From positions 1-36,528 of the forward strand of contig JAQGDQ010001524.1 in the NCBI GenBank assembly GCA_030141605.1: a DNA stretch of 36,528 nucleotides. The letters run 5' to 3'. Both the position numbers and the translations under genes were made by a program. This DNA is from Tubiluchus corallicola. Its lineage: Eukaryota; Animalia; Priapulida. The notes under the pieces were generated by a model. That model saw only the letters and a list, made by a program, of their open reading frames with translations, was not told the origin of the DNA and did no database searches. Within the stretch, counting starts at the first letter, position 1. Each line of letters begins with the position of its first letter. Positions 1-12,192 of this stretch are shown here, one piece after another.

Positions 1-850
1 GAATCCACTGTTAGTAGTGCCGACTTTGAATTGTAAGCAGCAAGTCCCTAACTCAAATCCAGGTACATCAAAACTTTTCCTACATTTCAAGTTTTGAGTC
101 AGAATTCATTTAAATCGGTTCGTATCGTCGTATATAATCATACCGTTAACACACTAAGCAATTATTTTTCCTTTAAATTTTGCTAACAAAGTATTTTGAT
201 ATGGTGATAAATTTTATTACAGCTTTACTTGTTAACCTATTGAGTTACTATGTAAGATCATATTCGTTATTCTAGTTCCTAGTTATTCTCAACTGAATAA
301 AGCATTAATTTGCTATGAATTTGGCAAAAATTAATGACAAGTAAATAGGCCTAATTAATTTCTGCACATTTGCTAATTGTATTAAATTTAATGCAATCCT
401 GCATAAGGTAATTTTAATTGTAGCTTTTTGTCGAGTGTATGAACCCTTGACATGCCCTCAGCACCATGGTTTTCAGATGAGGCTAAAGGCCCGCAGGATT
501 TTTTTCGTAAAAAATCAGCATCAATGATGACGCCATCTTGTTTGCTTTTTGCGTGAAGGCGAGCATATTAGCTGAATGTTGCTACGTGAGTAATTTAGCG
601 TAAAAAGCTTTGATAAACACGAAAACTTATCTTCGCTTTATAAATTAAAACTTAATGCTAGAATATATTGAATGTATGTGTGCAATGCTATATTATACAG
701 TTAGATTTAGCGCGTATATTTACTAAGATATTAAAATAACAGCTTAAATTTAGAATTGGCTTATGTAGAACAGGTGAATTTTGTATGTACCATGATGTTT
801 GAGTAGAAAATGTATTAATACGACATACATAAATTACTACAACTATAATA

Positions 851-903
<53 letters not shown>

Positions 904-926
904 TATTATTATTTTTATTATTATTA

Positions 927-1000
<74 letters not shown>
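851..1000. repeat. (ATT)n microsatellite
   Basis: Directly visible; explains the poly-I and poly-Y ORFs at 688-1065. Confidence 0.95.
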
Positions 1001-1084
1001 GTAATTTCTGCTTGGCCCATGGCTGCCTTAAATCAGTAGTTAAAGCCTATAAAGGTTTGCACTAATGTATAATTTTTTTACAGG

Positions 1085-1231
1085 AACTTAAAAACATTTA
1101 TAGTTAAAACACTTCAACTTTATTTAAACTTTTAATTTACTAAGTTAAAAATCATTTTTCGACAGAGCTGCTGCTGTCATCATCAGTGGTAAATTTTTAC
1201 AAACGTACAACCAGTCTATATAAGCAGAGCC
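1085..1231 (-). mobile_element. Penelope-like pLTR fragment with hammerhead core (stem III/I' deleted)
   Basis: Minus strand reads CCA-CTGATGA-T-GACAG-cagcagct-CTGTC-GAAA, followed by AATAAA; homologous to both arms at 23793-24022. Confidence 0.7.
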
Positions 1232-1353
1232 TATAGTATAGAACATAATACCACTGCTAAATACATAATTAGTGCATAATGTTCTATACTGTATGCTCTA
1301 CTATACTAAAAACTTAGCACATACCTGTGTGTAGACCTATATATGTATATTTG

Positions 1354-1395
<42 letters not shown>

Positions 1396-1411
1396 CTGTG
1401 TGTTATATATA

Positions 1412-2326
1412 TGTTATGTTAAACGTATATGATTATAATTTAGAAATTACCATTCTCATGGACCTTATTGCTAAATACCTGAAGCTACAATTTGGAAAAT
1501 ATTTAAAAACAATTTCAGCTTATTAAACAAACATAATTGTAGGCCTATTTTTATCAAGGCAAGACTGGCAATAACAGAGTTTCTTAAATATTACATAATG
1601 CAATGCAAATACAGACATTTCTCCCTAATTTAAATTCTTCTGCGCAGCAACTAAACACATGCATAGATGCAGGTGTTAGAAGTATAGCCTATAACAGAAG
1701 CCTACATAACATTTTTAATCTCGTTTATATAATTAAACGAAAATGATGCCAGTCAGTGAATACGTCTCCAAGCAACCTGCTGGTAGAACATGTACAACTA
1801 GACTTTGTGCACAATGATTTCAAATGGGTGTAATTTCAATATTAGCTTGAGGTTATTTCAAACAATTCACCCTCAACGGCAGACATATGAGGAGGACGTG
1901 AGGACGAGACAGAATTTTGATTTGGCAGGTCTCCGACTCACATACGCGCAAACAATGCTAATAATGTCACAGAAACAGGAAGGGAAGAATAAGAGAACTG
2001 CTACAGTTTTCTAAAATGTGGAGATAATTAATAGGCTTCTGTTATAGGATACTTCTAACACTTGCATGTTTAGTTGCTGCACAGAAGAATTTAAATTAGG
2101 GAGAAATGTCTGTATTTGCATTGCATTATGTAATATTTAAGAAACTCTGTCATTGCCAGTCTTGCCTTGATAAATATAGGCCTACAATTATGTTTGTTTA
2201 ATAAGCTGAAATTGTTTTTAAATATTTTCCAAATTTGTAGCTTAAGAAATGTCATTCAGGTATTTAACAATAAGGTCCATGAGAATGGTAATTTGTAAAT
2301 TATAATCATATACGTTTAACATAACA
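1412..2326. mobile_element. Foldback/MITE-like element with ~295-bp terminal inverted repeats, TGT...ACA termini, lying between TA/CA microsatellites
   Basis: 1410-1704 is the near-identical reverse complement of 2032-2328 (few indels); ~327-bp non-coding spacer; TA at both boundaries. Confidence 0.9.
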
Positions 2327-2617
2327 TACACACACACACATATATATATATATATATGTAAATTAAATTAAAGATGTTACACGGCCTGAAATTCAGAAAA
2401 CACCATTCATCCGATAATTCTCAAGCGATTTAAAACATGCCGCCTGGTTTAAATCGTTCACAATTTACAATTTTAAAGACTAAAAATTACTTAGATAAGA
2501 GGAAACTAATCCAATAAAATTATTTAAGCTATTTAGCCTCCGATTAAAAGACGAAAAGCTGAAATTTAAGCAACAGTAATATGCTTATGCAGTTTGAAGC
2601 ATTTTTGATTTTTGCCC

Positions 2618-2928
2618 GTCTATACATTTAGTCTATGTATAGTCTATACATTTAGTCTATGTGTAGTCTATACATTTAGTCTATGTATAGTCTATACATT
2701 TAGTCTATGTATAGTCTATACATTTAGTCTATGTATAGTCTATACATTTAGTCTGTGTAGAGTCTATACATTTAGTCTATGTAGAGTCTATACATTTATT
2801 CTATGTATAATCTATACATTTAGTCTATGTATAGTCTATACATTTAGTCTACGTATAGTCTATACATTTAGTCTATGTATAGTCTATACATTTAGTCTAT
2901 GTAGAGTCTATACATTTAGTCTATACAT
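2618..2928. repeat. 24-bp minisatellite, ~13 copies (GTCTATACATTTAGTCTATGTATA)
   Basis: Directly visible; source of the (VYTFSLCI)n ORF. Confidence 0.95.
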
Positions 2929-3835
2929 ACGTCTATGACATGCAGTATATTTAAAAACAAATAAAATTATAAACTAGCTCTACTATAAAAGCATAAGTTT
3001 CCTTATATCACGAATGTACAACTTAACAACAGGAGATTAATTACGGCAATCATAAAAATGAAATTAATAATAAAATGCGTTAATGTAGCCACAGTCTATA
3101 AAATACAATATGTTACAGCATAAAGAATTAGTATGTTACCTATACCACTTGACAATTGACAATTAATTTCAACATGAAAATACTATAATTTATGGGGCGC
3201 CGAATCTCCAAAGAGACATAAAATATATAATTTATGATCGGGAAAGTTGTGTTAAAAGGACGCGCATTAATACTTATTTTGCATAAATATAGTGCAGCTA
3301 GGCCTAGCTGCTGTTTTTACCGAATTTCTGTATTGAAAGCGTTGCACCAGACAGGAGGTAGATTAATATTGGTTTTAAAAGCAAAATTTTTGTATTTGAA
3401 AAGCCGAAATGGACATATTTTTAGAAACCGCAATTAATTCAGCATGCTGTATACGACCATTTGCAATTTTTCCTCTCTATTATTTAAGTTCGCCCACAGT
3501 GAACCGACATCTTTGTTTTTATTCATAATTTTTTTTATAATTTTTGAGTAGTTAAGTTAGCAGTATAGTAAAAATTCAGACGTTTTTTATTTCTGGTGTT
3601 TATACATAATTGTTTAAACGAATATCAAAAATAAAATTACATTAAGTATATAAGTATTACATAAGACTATGTACGGACAAGATTATGTAGGCCTATGTGT
3701 AAATTTTTTTTCTAGTTTTCAATGTTTGTACATAAAATCTTTGCCTTTTTGTGTAGAACATAGTATACAACATTGTGTACATTATATGTAACAATAATTA
3801 TATATGAGAACATATTTCGTACAAAACTATGTCGA

Positions 3836-4022
3836 CGAGTTATAGCAATTGTTAAGCACATATTTTTTTTCATTTTAGTACAATTAACAAGATTATGTAC
3901 AGTATGCACGAGGTACAGTAGGTACAATACGAGTTATAGTAATTGTTAAGTACATGTTTTTTCATCTTAGTACGCAGCAAACAAGATTATGTACAGTATG
4001 CACGAGGTACAGTAGGTACAAT
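3836..4022. repeat. ~94-bp tandem duplication
   Basis: cgagttatag..aattgttaag...acaagattatgtacagtatgcacgaggtacagtaggtacaat occurs twice in tandem (starts ~3836 and ~3930). Confidence 0.8.
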
Positions 4023-4677
4023 GTTTACAGCAAGTTGTATCATTAAGTATTTCTCCTGTCCAAAGAAATTGATGAGACCGAGGCGGGTCGCTCAGTGATT
4101 TATTGCAGACGGATGATGTTAACTTCTGGTGTACATTAACCCGCGATAAACACAAGTGGAGATCAATAAGAAAGTTTGACAACTCTTTGCAAGTCTCTTT
4201 CGAAATCATGCAAAAGCAAGAAAATATATCATCATTAAACTACTGCGATGATACTGAATAACCTATATAGCGGTAAATCGTAATTGTCAAATGATTAAAA
4301 GTGAATTATTGCAACCAGTTTTAAGTGCGTTTCTATGAAATAGGTGAATAATAACGAAGCTAATTAATTACTTAGAACATAGCGGTACCGTTAGACTGGC
4401 TAGTAATGAAAATCCACTCTGTAAGCTGTAGTCAAGCACGGTCATAGTGTTAGACGGACTTGAATAATATAACATATAATCTGTCGAGGATTATGACGGA
4501 AATAGACTTTAGGCTGCCCTTGCAAACGGAAAAAATAAAATTAATTTATAAAATAATAATCTAATAAAAATTTGTGTGATTTTGCTATAGGATATCCAAT
4601 AACATTAGTAATGATGACAGCGCAGATGGTAATGACAATGATCGTGGTATTGATCCTGATATTGATGATGATATTTT

Positions 4678-4920
<243 letters not shown>

Positions 4921-5494
4921 GAGAAATACAGAGTGTTACTTTGTGACTACTTAAACTTTTATTAAGGCAACCTCTGCAATTAAATGATTATGTTAGTTTT
5001 AAGAAAGTCAAGATTTTTAAGAACTTGGAACACTCTTAATTCTTACAGTAAGGAATTCTAGAAGTGAAAATTTTCATTGGTGAAACCACTTTTATGTTAA
5101 TAGCCATTTAATCATACTTTTTCTCCTTCACCTAAAAATAATTCGCCTGAAAAATAGTTTCCATTCTGTTATATTAATACGCTCTGACATTCTAGTACAT
5201 TTTACTACGTGAAATGATTTTGCGTCAGAAAATAAGCAGTACAAGTAAAGATTTATATGCTTATCATTTATCAAATTTTTTAACTAATTTATTTAATGTT
5301 TACTCTAATATCTAGTCATTAATTTATTTGATTTGCAATTTACATATTCCGTTCTCATTCATATAATTACTGTAATATTTTATATTAAATATTTTAATTT
5401 TATTCGTTCGGTTAATTTCTCATTCGTTTAGCTGCTTCATTCCTCTCTCTCTTACCATTCATTGATTCATGCATTCTCTCATTTATGCGTTCTT

Positions 5495-5966
5495 TCATTC
5501 ATTTATTCATTCATTCATTCATTCATTCACACATGCATTTATTCGTTTGCTCGTTTATTTTGTTCGATCATTCGTTCATTAGTTAATTAATTAATTCGCT
5601 CATTCATTCATTTATTCGTTCTATCGCTCATTCATTCGTCGTTTAATTCGTTCATTCATTCTCACATTGATTCAGTCACTTCATTCATTCATTCATCCAT
5701 CCATCCATTCATTCATCCATCCATTCATTCATCCATCCATCCATCCATCCATTCATTCATTCATTCATTTACTCATCCATCCATTTATTTATCCATTCAT
5801 TCATTCATTAATCCATCCATTCATTCATTCATCCATTGATCCATCCATTCATTCAGTCATTAATCCATCCATTCATTCATTCATCCATTGATCCATCCAT
5901 TCATTCAGTCATTCATTCATCCATTCATTCATTCATTCATCCATCCACCCATTCATTCATTCATTT
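5495..5966. repeat. Degenerate (TTCA)n/(TCCA)n tetranucleotide tract
   Basis: Directly visible; explains ORF 5667-5891. Confidence 0.9.
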
Positions 5967-6690
5967 AGTGAATAAGCCAAAATGGTGATCACTACATCTA
6001 ACTAACAAGAAAATACACAATTCACACATATTAGATTTTCAAACATTCATTAAATTTTTACATTTTAATTAATCCAATTATTGTTTCTTCTTCTTTCTTA
6101 CTACCATACTTATGCAACTTCTCTCACGTGAACTGACCCTATTTTTTCTTCTTTGGCACGGTTTCTCTTTCCTTAAAATTTGCCCAGTTGCTCAAAACGT
6201 ACATTTGCTTTTATCTTTTACCTTTGTGTATTTATATTTGAAAAGATCGTTAAGTAATTCACAAGCGTTAACCACAGTCACAGTGATTAATGAATGTTCA
6301 CAGAAGTGTGGAATCATTAATCTTTGCATTTTCTACGTTCCAAAGAGAACTGTTTAGTATTCTCAATGATATTTGAATTAATATTTGATCTTTTATCAGC
6401 TGTGTTGATTTTTTCAGATACGCCGTGTGCGCACAACTTCCGAAACGTAATTCAGTGTCTTTTTCAAAATGTCAAAAACGAAAAAGCCTAATATTTGTAC
6501 CTTATAATTAGTGGATGATTATATATCAGACGTCTGCTAAAATATTATTTAGCAGCCTAATTATGCCGGTTGATAAAACTTTAAATAACTTTATTAAATA
6601 AAAAATCAGTCAAGCAAAAGCATTGAAGGTATTCTAGTGCACCACAAACAGTTGTAAATTCAACTCGTTTCAGACGTTTTTCTAAATTAA

Positions 6691-7292
6691 AGTAATGCCG
6701 GACTCAATCTTAAGCTGTAGGTCAAAACAATCTACAAATGTTGAAAGAAAACATACCATTTAAAAAAACGACTTACGTGAAAGAATTATTACCACACAAA
6801 CACAATTTCACTTTCGCACCACTAGTTCTTCGCTGTTACATGCATTCCGCGAATCGGTAGTCAGACGGGCACTAATGCCTGCATTTCGGAAACGCATTGC
6901 ACAAAAAACAGGTGCTGTACCTCTCAGTTCAGATGTCCTAGTTTGTGACGAACTACATACATTCAACAGTTCATGCGTGAGCACAGTGGTAAATTTGAAA
7001 TTTGAATTTTTATCTTAAACTTGCTTAGTTTTAGTACAACACACTGAATGTCTTACAGGAGCACTGTACTTCAATTTTCACTTTCGCAAACACGTGCAAC
7101 ATGCTCGTGGAATATTTTTGCTGTTAAATTATGTTAGTTTGTGATTCATCAATAGCTCACCCGCCGTTAATTAAGATTTTAATCTATTATTTTATTACCA
7201 GAAACGCTTTTGCAGTATTAACTGTTTGAAAATGTATACTTTTTATCGGACTTGAAAATGGAGTAGTATGTGAGAAATCATCCTGTCTTCGT
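6691..7292 (+). mobile_element. Non-autonomous Kolobok-like DNA transposon, family A copy 1
   Basis: TTAA|AGTAATGCCGGA...TCCTGTCTTCGT|TTAA; short imperfect TIRs with AG..YT ends and TTAA on both sides; homologous to 8879, 20816 and 26402. Confidence 0.75.
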
Positions 7293-7506
7293 TTAAATTT
7301 GCGTTAGTATGGTTGCTACACTAGAGAGAAGTACCTCACTCGAGAGCTTCTTGTGGCTGTGTTAACGGATACGATCAGCTGTTGGTTGTGTGTACCGAAC
7401 GTTTGGCTGAAATAACACAACGTTCAACGAGTCTGTTTTGCTTTCTTGGTTTGGCTGTGACAACACTTCAACTGACACAGACCGTTTTTCTTACTCTCCT
7501 TCACGC

Positions 7507-7975
7507 GTTTACTCTGAAATACTATATAACAATCTCATTGTACGTCTAATGTATCTAAGTTCACTCTGAAATACTATATAACAAAGTCACTGAAGGTCTA
7601 ATGTATCTAAGTTTACTCTGAAATACTATATAACAACCTCATTGTACGTCTAATGTATCTAAGTTTACTCTGAAATACTTTATACTAGTAAACAGCTCAC
7701 TGTAGGTGTAATGTATCTAACTTTAGTCTGAAATACTACATACCAACCTCACTGTAGCTATAATGTATCTAAGGTTTGGTCTGAAATACTATCAAGTTCA
7801 TTGCGTGTCTAATATATCTAAGTCTATTCTGAAATACTACATAACAGCCTCACTGTAAGTCTAATGCATCTAGCTATACAACAACCTCACTGTCTAAACT
7901 AATGTATCTAAGTTTACTCTCAAATGCTGTATAACAGCTCATTGTAGATCCATTGTATCTAAGCTTACTCTGAAA
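7507..7975. repeat. 52-bp minisatellite, ~9 degenerate copies
   Basis: Unit GTTTACTCTGAAATACTATATAACAACCTCATTGTACGTCTAATGTATCTAA; same family as 9815-10602. Confidence 0.9.
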
Positions 7976-8878
7976 CTTACTCAAAGAAGTGCCTACCTAC
8001 ACAATCACTCAGAAACAGAAATGTAAATGTTTGATAGAATTGAACGTCCATGTTTACTGCATTGGTATGTACTCCCAACGAAATCAGTGTTTAAACATTA
8101 AAAAACATGCTGTACAGCAAAGATTAATCAACACAAACGTTTGAACAACACAACATGAGCCTTGAAAAGATTTCAATGTATAAAAGATGCTCACTTGTTA
8201 CACCATACAGACGTATATGGCACAGTATGAAATAAATATGAATAATTTATAAAACACAAACATTTGTGAAATTTCTTGGCAGAGAATCGCTTTTTAAGTA
8301 GCTTGAAGTCAGTGGTCTTCAGACTGTCATATTCTATACACATGATTGAAAACCTGTTCAAATGCTGCTGTATAATTGTGTCCAATGGCTGATTTTTATA
8401 GAGTTTCATACTATAAAGTGCCCTCACAATGAGACCAAGTACCTAGTTAAAATTATTTAGTATACGCTTGAGTTTATTAAATAATTATATTATAGTGCCA
8501 TAGTACCTAAGTCTACTAAATGTGGTTAGTTTATAAATTATTTAGCGTACTATTGAGTTTATAATGTGGAAAGGATGCGTTACAGAGCTGTGGGCTTTCA
8601 ACACACGACAATGTTTACGTACAAATGAAAATGGCGCTTCTTTAAACGCAGACATTTCTACATACGAGACGAAATGCCTGTATGATAACGCTTAACACAT
8701 TTGCGTGTTACTTTTGATGTACCTATATACTTATCAATAAACTTTAGGCTTGCGTATTAATATATTGAGATAGCGAATAGTTTAAGCGTGAGACTCTATT
8801 TTGCTTATAAAGAGAAAGAGATATCAGAACCAAATATCACTTCTCGATGTAAAAATTATGATATACAGTTACGTTTAA

Positions 8879-9338
8879 AGCAAAACCGTACCCAATCTTA
8901 AAGTGCTAGGTCAAAACAATGTACTCTTTAAAATATTGAGTGAAAACGTACTATTTTTTCAAAAATGTTAGTTTGTGATGAATTGCACACATTTAATAGC
9001 TCATGCGTGAGCACAGCGGCAAATTTGAAATTTGAATTTTTATCTTAGAACTTGCCTAGTTTTAGTACATTAGAATATAGGTACTAGAATACAGTAGAAT
9101 GCAACACACTGAATATCTTACAGTAGCACTGTACTCCAATTTTCGCTTTCACAAACACGTGTAACGCGCTCATAGAATGTTCTTGCTGTTGAAAATTATA
9201 TTAGCTTGTGATGTCATCAATAGTTGGGCTCGCCCGCCGTTAATTAGGTTTTTAATCTATTATTTAATTGTGTGAAAATGTATACTTTTTATCAGACTTG
9301 AAAATGGGGTAGTATATGGAAAATCATCCTGTCTTCCT
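8879..9338 (+). mobile_element. Kolobok-like family A copy 2 (internally deleted)
   Basis: TTAA|AGCAAAACCGTA...TCCTGTCTTCCT|TTAA. Confidence 0.78.
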
Positions 9339-9483
9339 TTAATGAACAATTATATACATTTGAAACTCGATACAAACTCTAACTTGTATACAGCTTGTTT
9401 GTGGTTTAATTTTAGCTTCGCAAAATACAATAAAATCGAAAACCAATATCAGCCAGGCCTTGACCACACCTGTACAATGTGCT

Positions 9484-9517
9484 GTTTACATCTGGACCAC
9501 TATATATATATATATAT

Positions 9518-9549
<32 letters not shown>

Positions 9550-9812
9550 TGGTTTTTCAATCGAAAACCAAATTCTTCCAGAGAATGTTAAAAATATACA
9601 CTTAAGAATTACAATGAGCGTTAGTTTTAAGAAAACTACATTGTCATCAATAATCTCAAATAGAACAGACAAAATTAATGTAGGTATGAACGCAATTTCT
9701 TAAAACCAACGCTCGGTCTGATTCTTAAGTACATATCTTTAACATTCTCTGGAAGAATTCTGCTTTAGATTAAAACATACTACTGCATAGAACAGTGGTA
9801 CCAGATGTAAAC
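9484..9812. repeat. Nested inverted repeat (arms ~9484-9634 and 9696-9812) with a (TA)n(GATA)n tract in the left arm
   Basis: gtttacatctggaccact / agtggtaccagatgtaaac; aattcttccagagaatgttaaa / tttaacattctctggaagaatt; gagcgttagttttaagaaa / tttcttaaaaccaacgctc. Confidence 0.85.
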
Positions 9813-9814
9813 TC

Positions 9815-10602
9815 TACGTCTAATGTATCCAAGTTTACTCTGAAATACTATATAACAAATTCACTGTACGTCTAATGTATCTAAGTTTACTCTGCACTAC
9901 TATATAACAACCTCATTGTAGGTCTAATATATTTAAGTTTACTCTGAAATACTATATAACAACCTCATTGTACGTCTAATATATCTAAGGTTACTCTGAA
10001 ATACTTTATATAACAACCTCATTGTACGTCTAATATATCTATGCTTACTCTGAAATACTATATAACAACCTCATTGTACGTCTAATGTATCTACGTTTAC
10101 TCTGAAATACTATATAACAACCTCATTGTAGGTCTAATGTATCTAAGTTTACTCTGGAACACTATATAACAACCTCATTGTAGGTCTAATATGTCTAAGT
10201 TTACTCTGAAATACTATATAACAACCTCATTGTAGGTCTAATATATCTAAGTTTACTCTGAAATACTATATAACAACCTCATTGTAGGTTTAATATATCT
10301 AAGTTTACTCTGAAATACTATATAACAACCTCATTGTAGGTCTAATATATCTAAGTTTACTCTGAAATACTATATGACAACCTCATTGTAGGTCTAATGT
10401 ATCTAAGTTTACTCTGGAATACTATATAACAACCTCATTGTACGTCTAATATATCTAAGGTTACTCTGAAATACTATATAACAACCTCATTGTGCGTCTA
10501 ATATATCTAAGTTTACTCTGAAATACTATATAACAACCTCATTGTACGTCTAATATATCTAAGTTTACTATGGAATACTACATAACAGCCTCATAGTAGG
10601 TC
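9815..10602. repeat. 52-bp minisatellite, ~15 homogeneous copies
   Basis: 52-bp period (e.g. GTTTAC at 10095 and 10147). Confidence 0.95.
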
Positions 10603-11592
10603 AAGTACCTCATAGTACAGGTGTGGTCAAGGCCTGGCTGATATTTTCATTCATTTTGCTCGTGTTTAAAATTAGGTTATTAGTTCCAAACGACAAAAGC
10701 CTTGAATTTAAAGCGTTTGAGCCTCCATTTTATTAGAATTATGCGTGATGATTTATCATTCCAATTATAAAGCATTATAACATTGCACGTGTCTTGGCGT
10801 AACGTTCCACAACTTTTATCTCACGTAGTGTCGAAAACTAATTAGATTTTTTATCAATCATTTGATAACATTGTATAAACCCGTTTACCGAAAATTGTAA
10901 TGATTTATAATGATTTATAATTTCGGCAAATTTCGCTTCCAAATTCTCTTTCATCACAAACCAACCAAGTCAACTTTTATGGCAGCTTAACTCGTTTTTG
11001 TCACGGCGCGTTTACAAATGCCAGAGCGCCACTTCATTTCATTCGCGTGAATACTAAATTAACTTGAATTTCCATAACAAAGGACATTGCATCTGGCGAA
11101 ATTAAGCATACATAATACTTGCCTGGAAAGCCACTCGTCTCAACGAAGCTCTAAATGCCTGATTGAACCGACGGGGGCAACGCGGATCCAGGAAACGGAA
11201 ATAAGATTTTCAGTCCACGTAACCCGCATCTTTAGAAACTGTCGTTGGTGGTTTTGATTTAGTTAATTAATGCTAAACTGTAAGTCGTAGGGCTGTAAAA
11301 TTTTTTTGCAGATCAGCACAAGAGGCGAAAATGTGAAAATTATGAAGCCTGTACTGGGCTTCATTGGTGCACGGAGTCCGCCACGCTCTTCATACACTCA
11401 TGCTCTTTTAGCGCCCTCTTGAATTGATAGGGATACATTTGTTGCCATCTAGTGTTTACGCAAAGCAAAGATTGCAAACGAACGCTGCTTTACTTTTCAT
11501 TTGTCTTCTTTCATTTTTCATCTATATATATATGTGTTGATAATACCCGTTTATAAATACCTATACAGCCTGTACATATACACAAAAATATA

Positions 11593-11968
11593 TATTATAT
11601 TATATTATATTGTATTGTATTGTATTGTATTGTATTGTATTGTATTGTATTGTATTGTATTGTATTGTATTGTATTGTATTGTATTGTATTGTATTGTAT
11701 TGTATTGTATTGTATTGTATTGTATTGTATTGTATTGTATTGTATTATATTATATTATATTATATTATATTATATTATATTATATTATATTATATTATAT
11801 TATATTATATTATATTATATTATATTATATTATATTATATTATATTATATTATATTATATTATATTATATTATATTATATTATATTATATTATATTATAT
11901 TATATTATATTATATTATATTATATTATATTATATTATATTATATTATATTATATTATATTATATTAT
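11593..11968. repeat. Compound pentanucleotide microsatellite (TATTG)n then (TATTA)n
   Basis: Directly visible, switch at ~11743; explains the three overlapping YCIVL/YYIIL ORFs. Confidence 0.97.
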
Positions 11969-12044
11969 ACATATATAGTGGTAAGGAAACAATACCGCCC
12001 AAATGAAAAATAAAGCATCGTTCGTTTTTATACAATCATATACA

Positions 12045-12075
12045 TATATATATATATATATATTTATTTATTTAT

Positions 12076-12163
<88 letters not shown>

Positions 12164-12192
12164 TTATTTATTTATTTATCTATCCATCTATA
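12045..12192. repeat. Compound (TA)n/(TTTA)n/(TATC)n microsatellite
   Basis: Directly visible. Confidence 0.95.

Larger units (their letters stand above)
9450..10640. mobile_element. Composite TIR element (26-bp perfect TIR CAGCCAGGCCTTGACCACACCTGTAC, ATAT flanks) enclosing a foldback and a 52-bp array
   Basis: 9445-9475 is the exact reverse complement of 10615-10645. Confidence 0.8.

Noticed and set aside
1-66. tRNA/SINE-head-like sequence (..ACTCAAATCC..)
   Set aside because: A and B boxes too degenerate, no cloverleaf, truncated by the window edge.
688-1065. Poly-Ile/poly-Tyr ORFs (and similar ORFs at 2612, 5667, 11501-12236, 21839, 22315, 27584-27941, 28579-28904, 30743)
   Set aside because: Translations of micro- or minisatellites lacking stop codons; no protein-like complexity.
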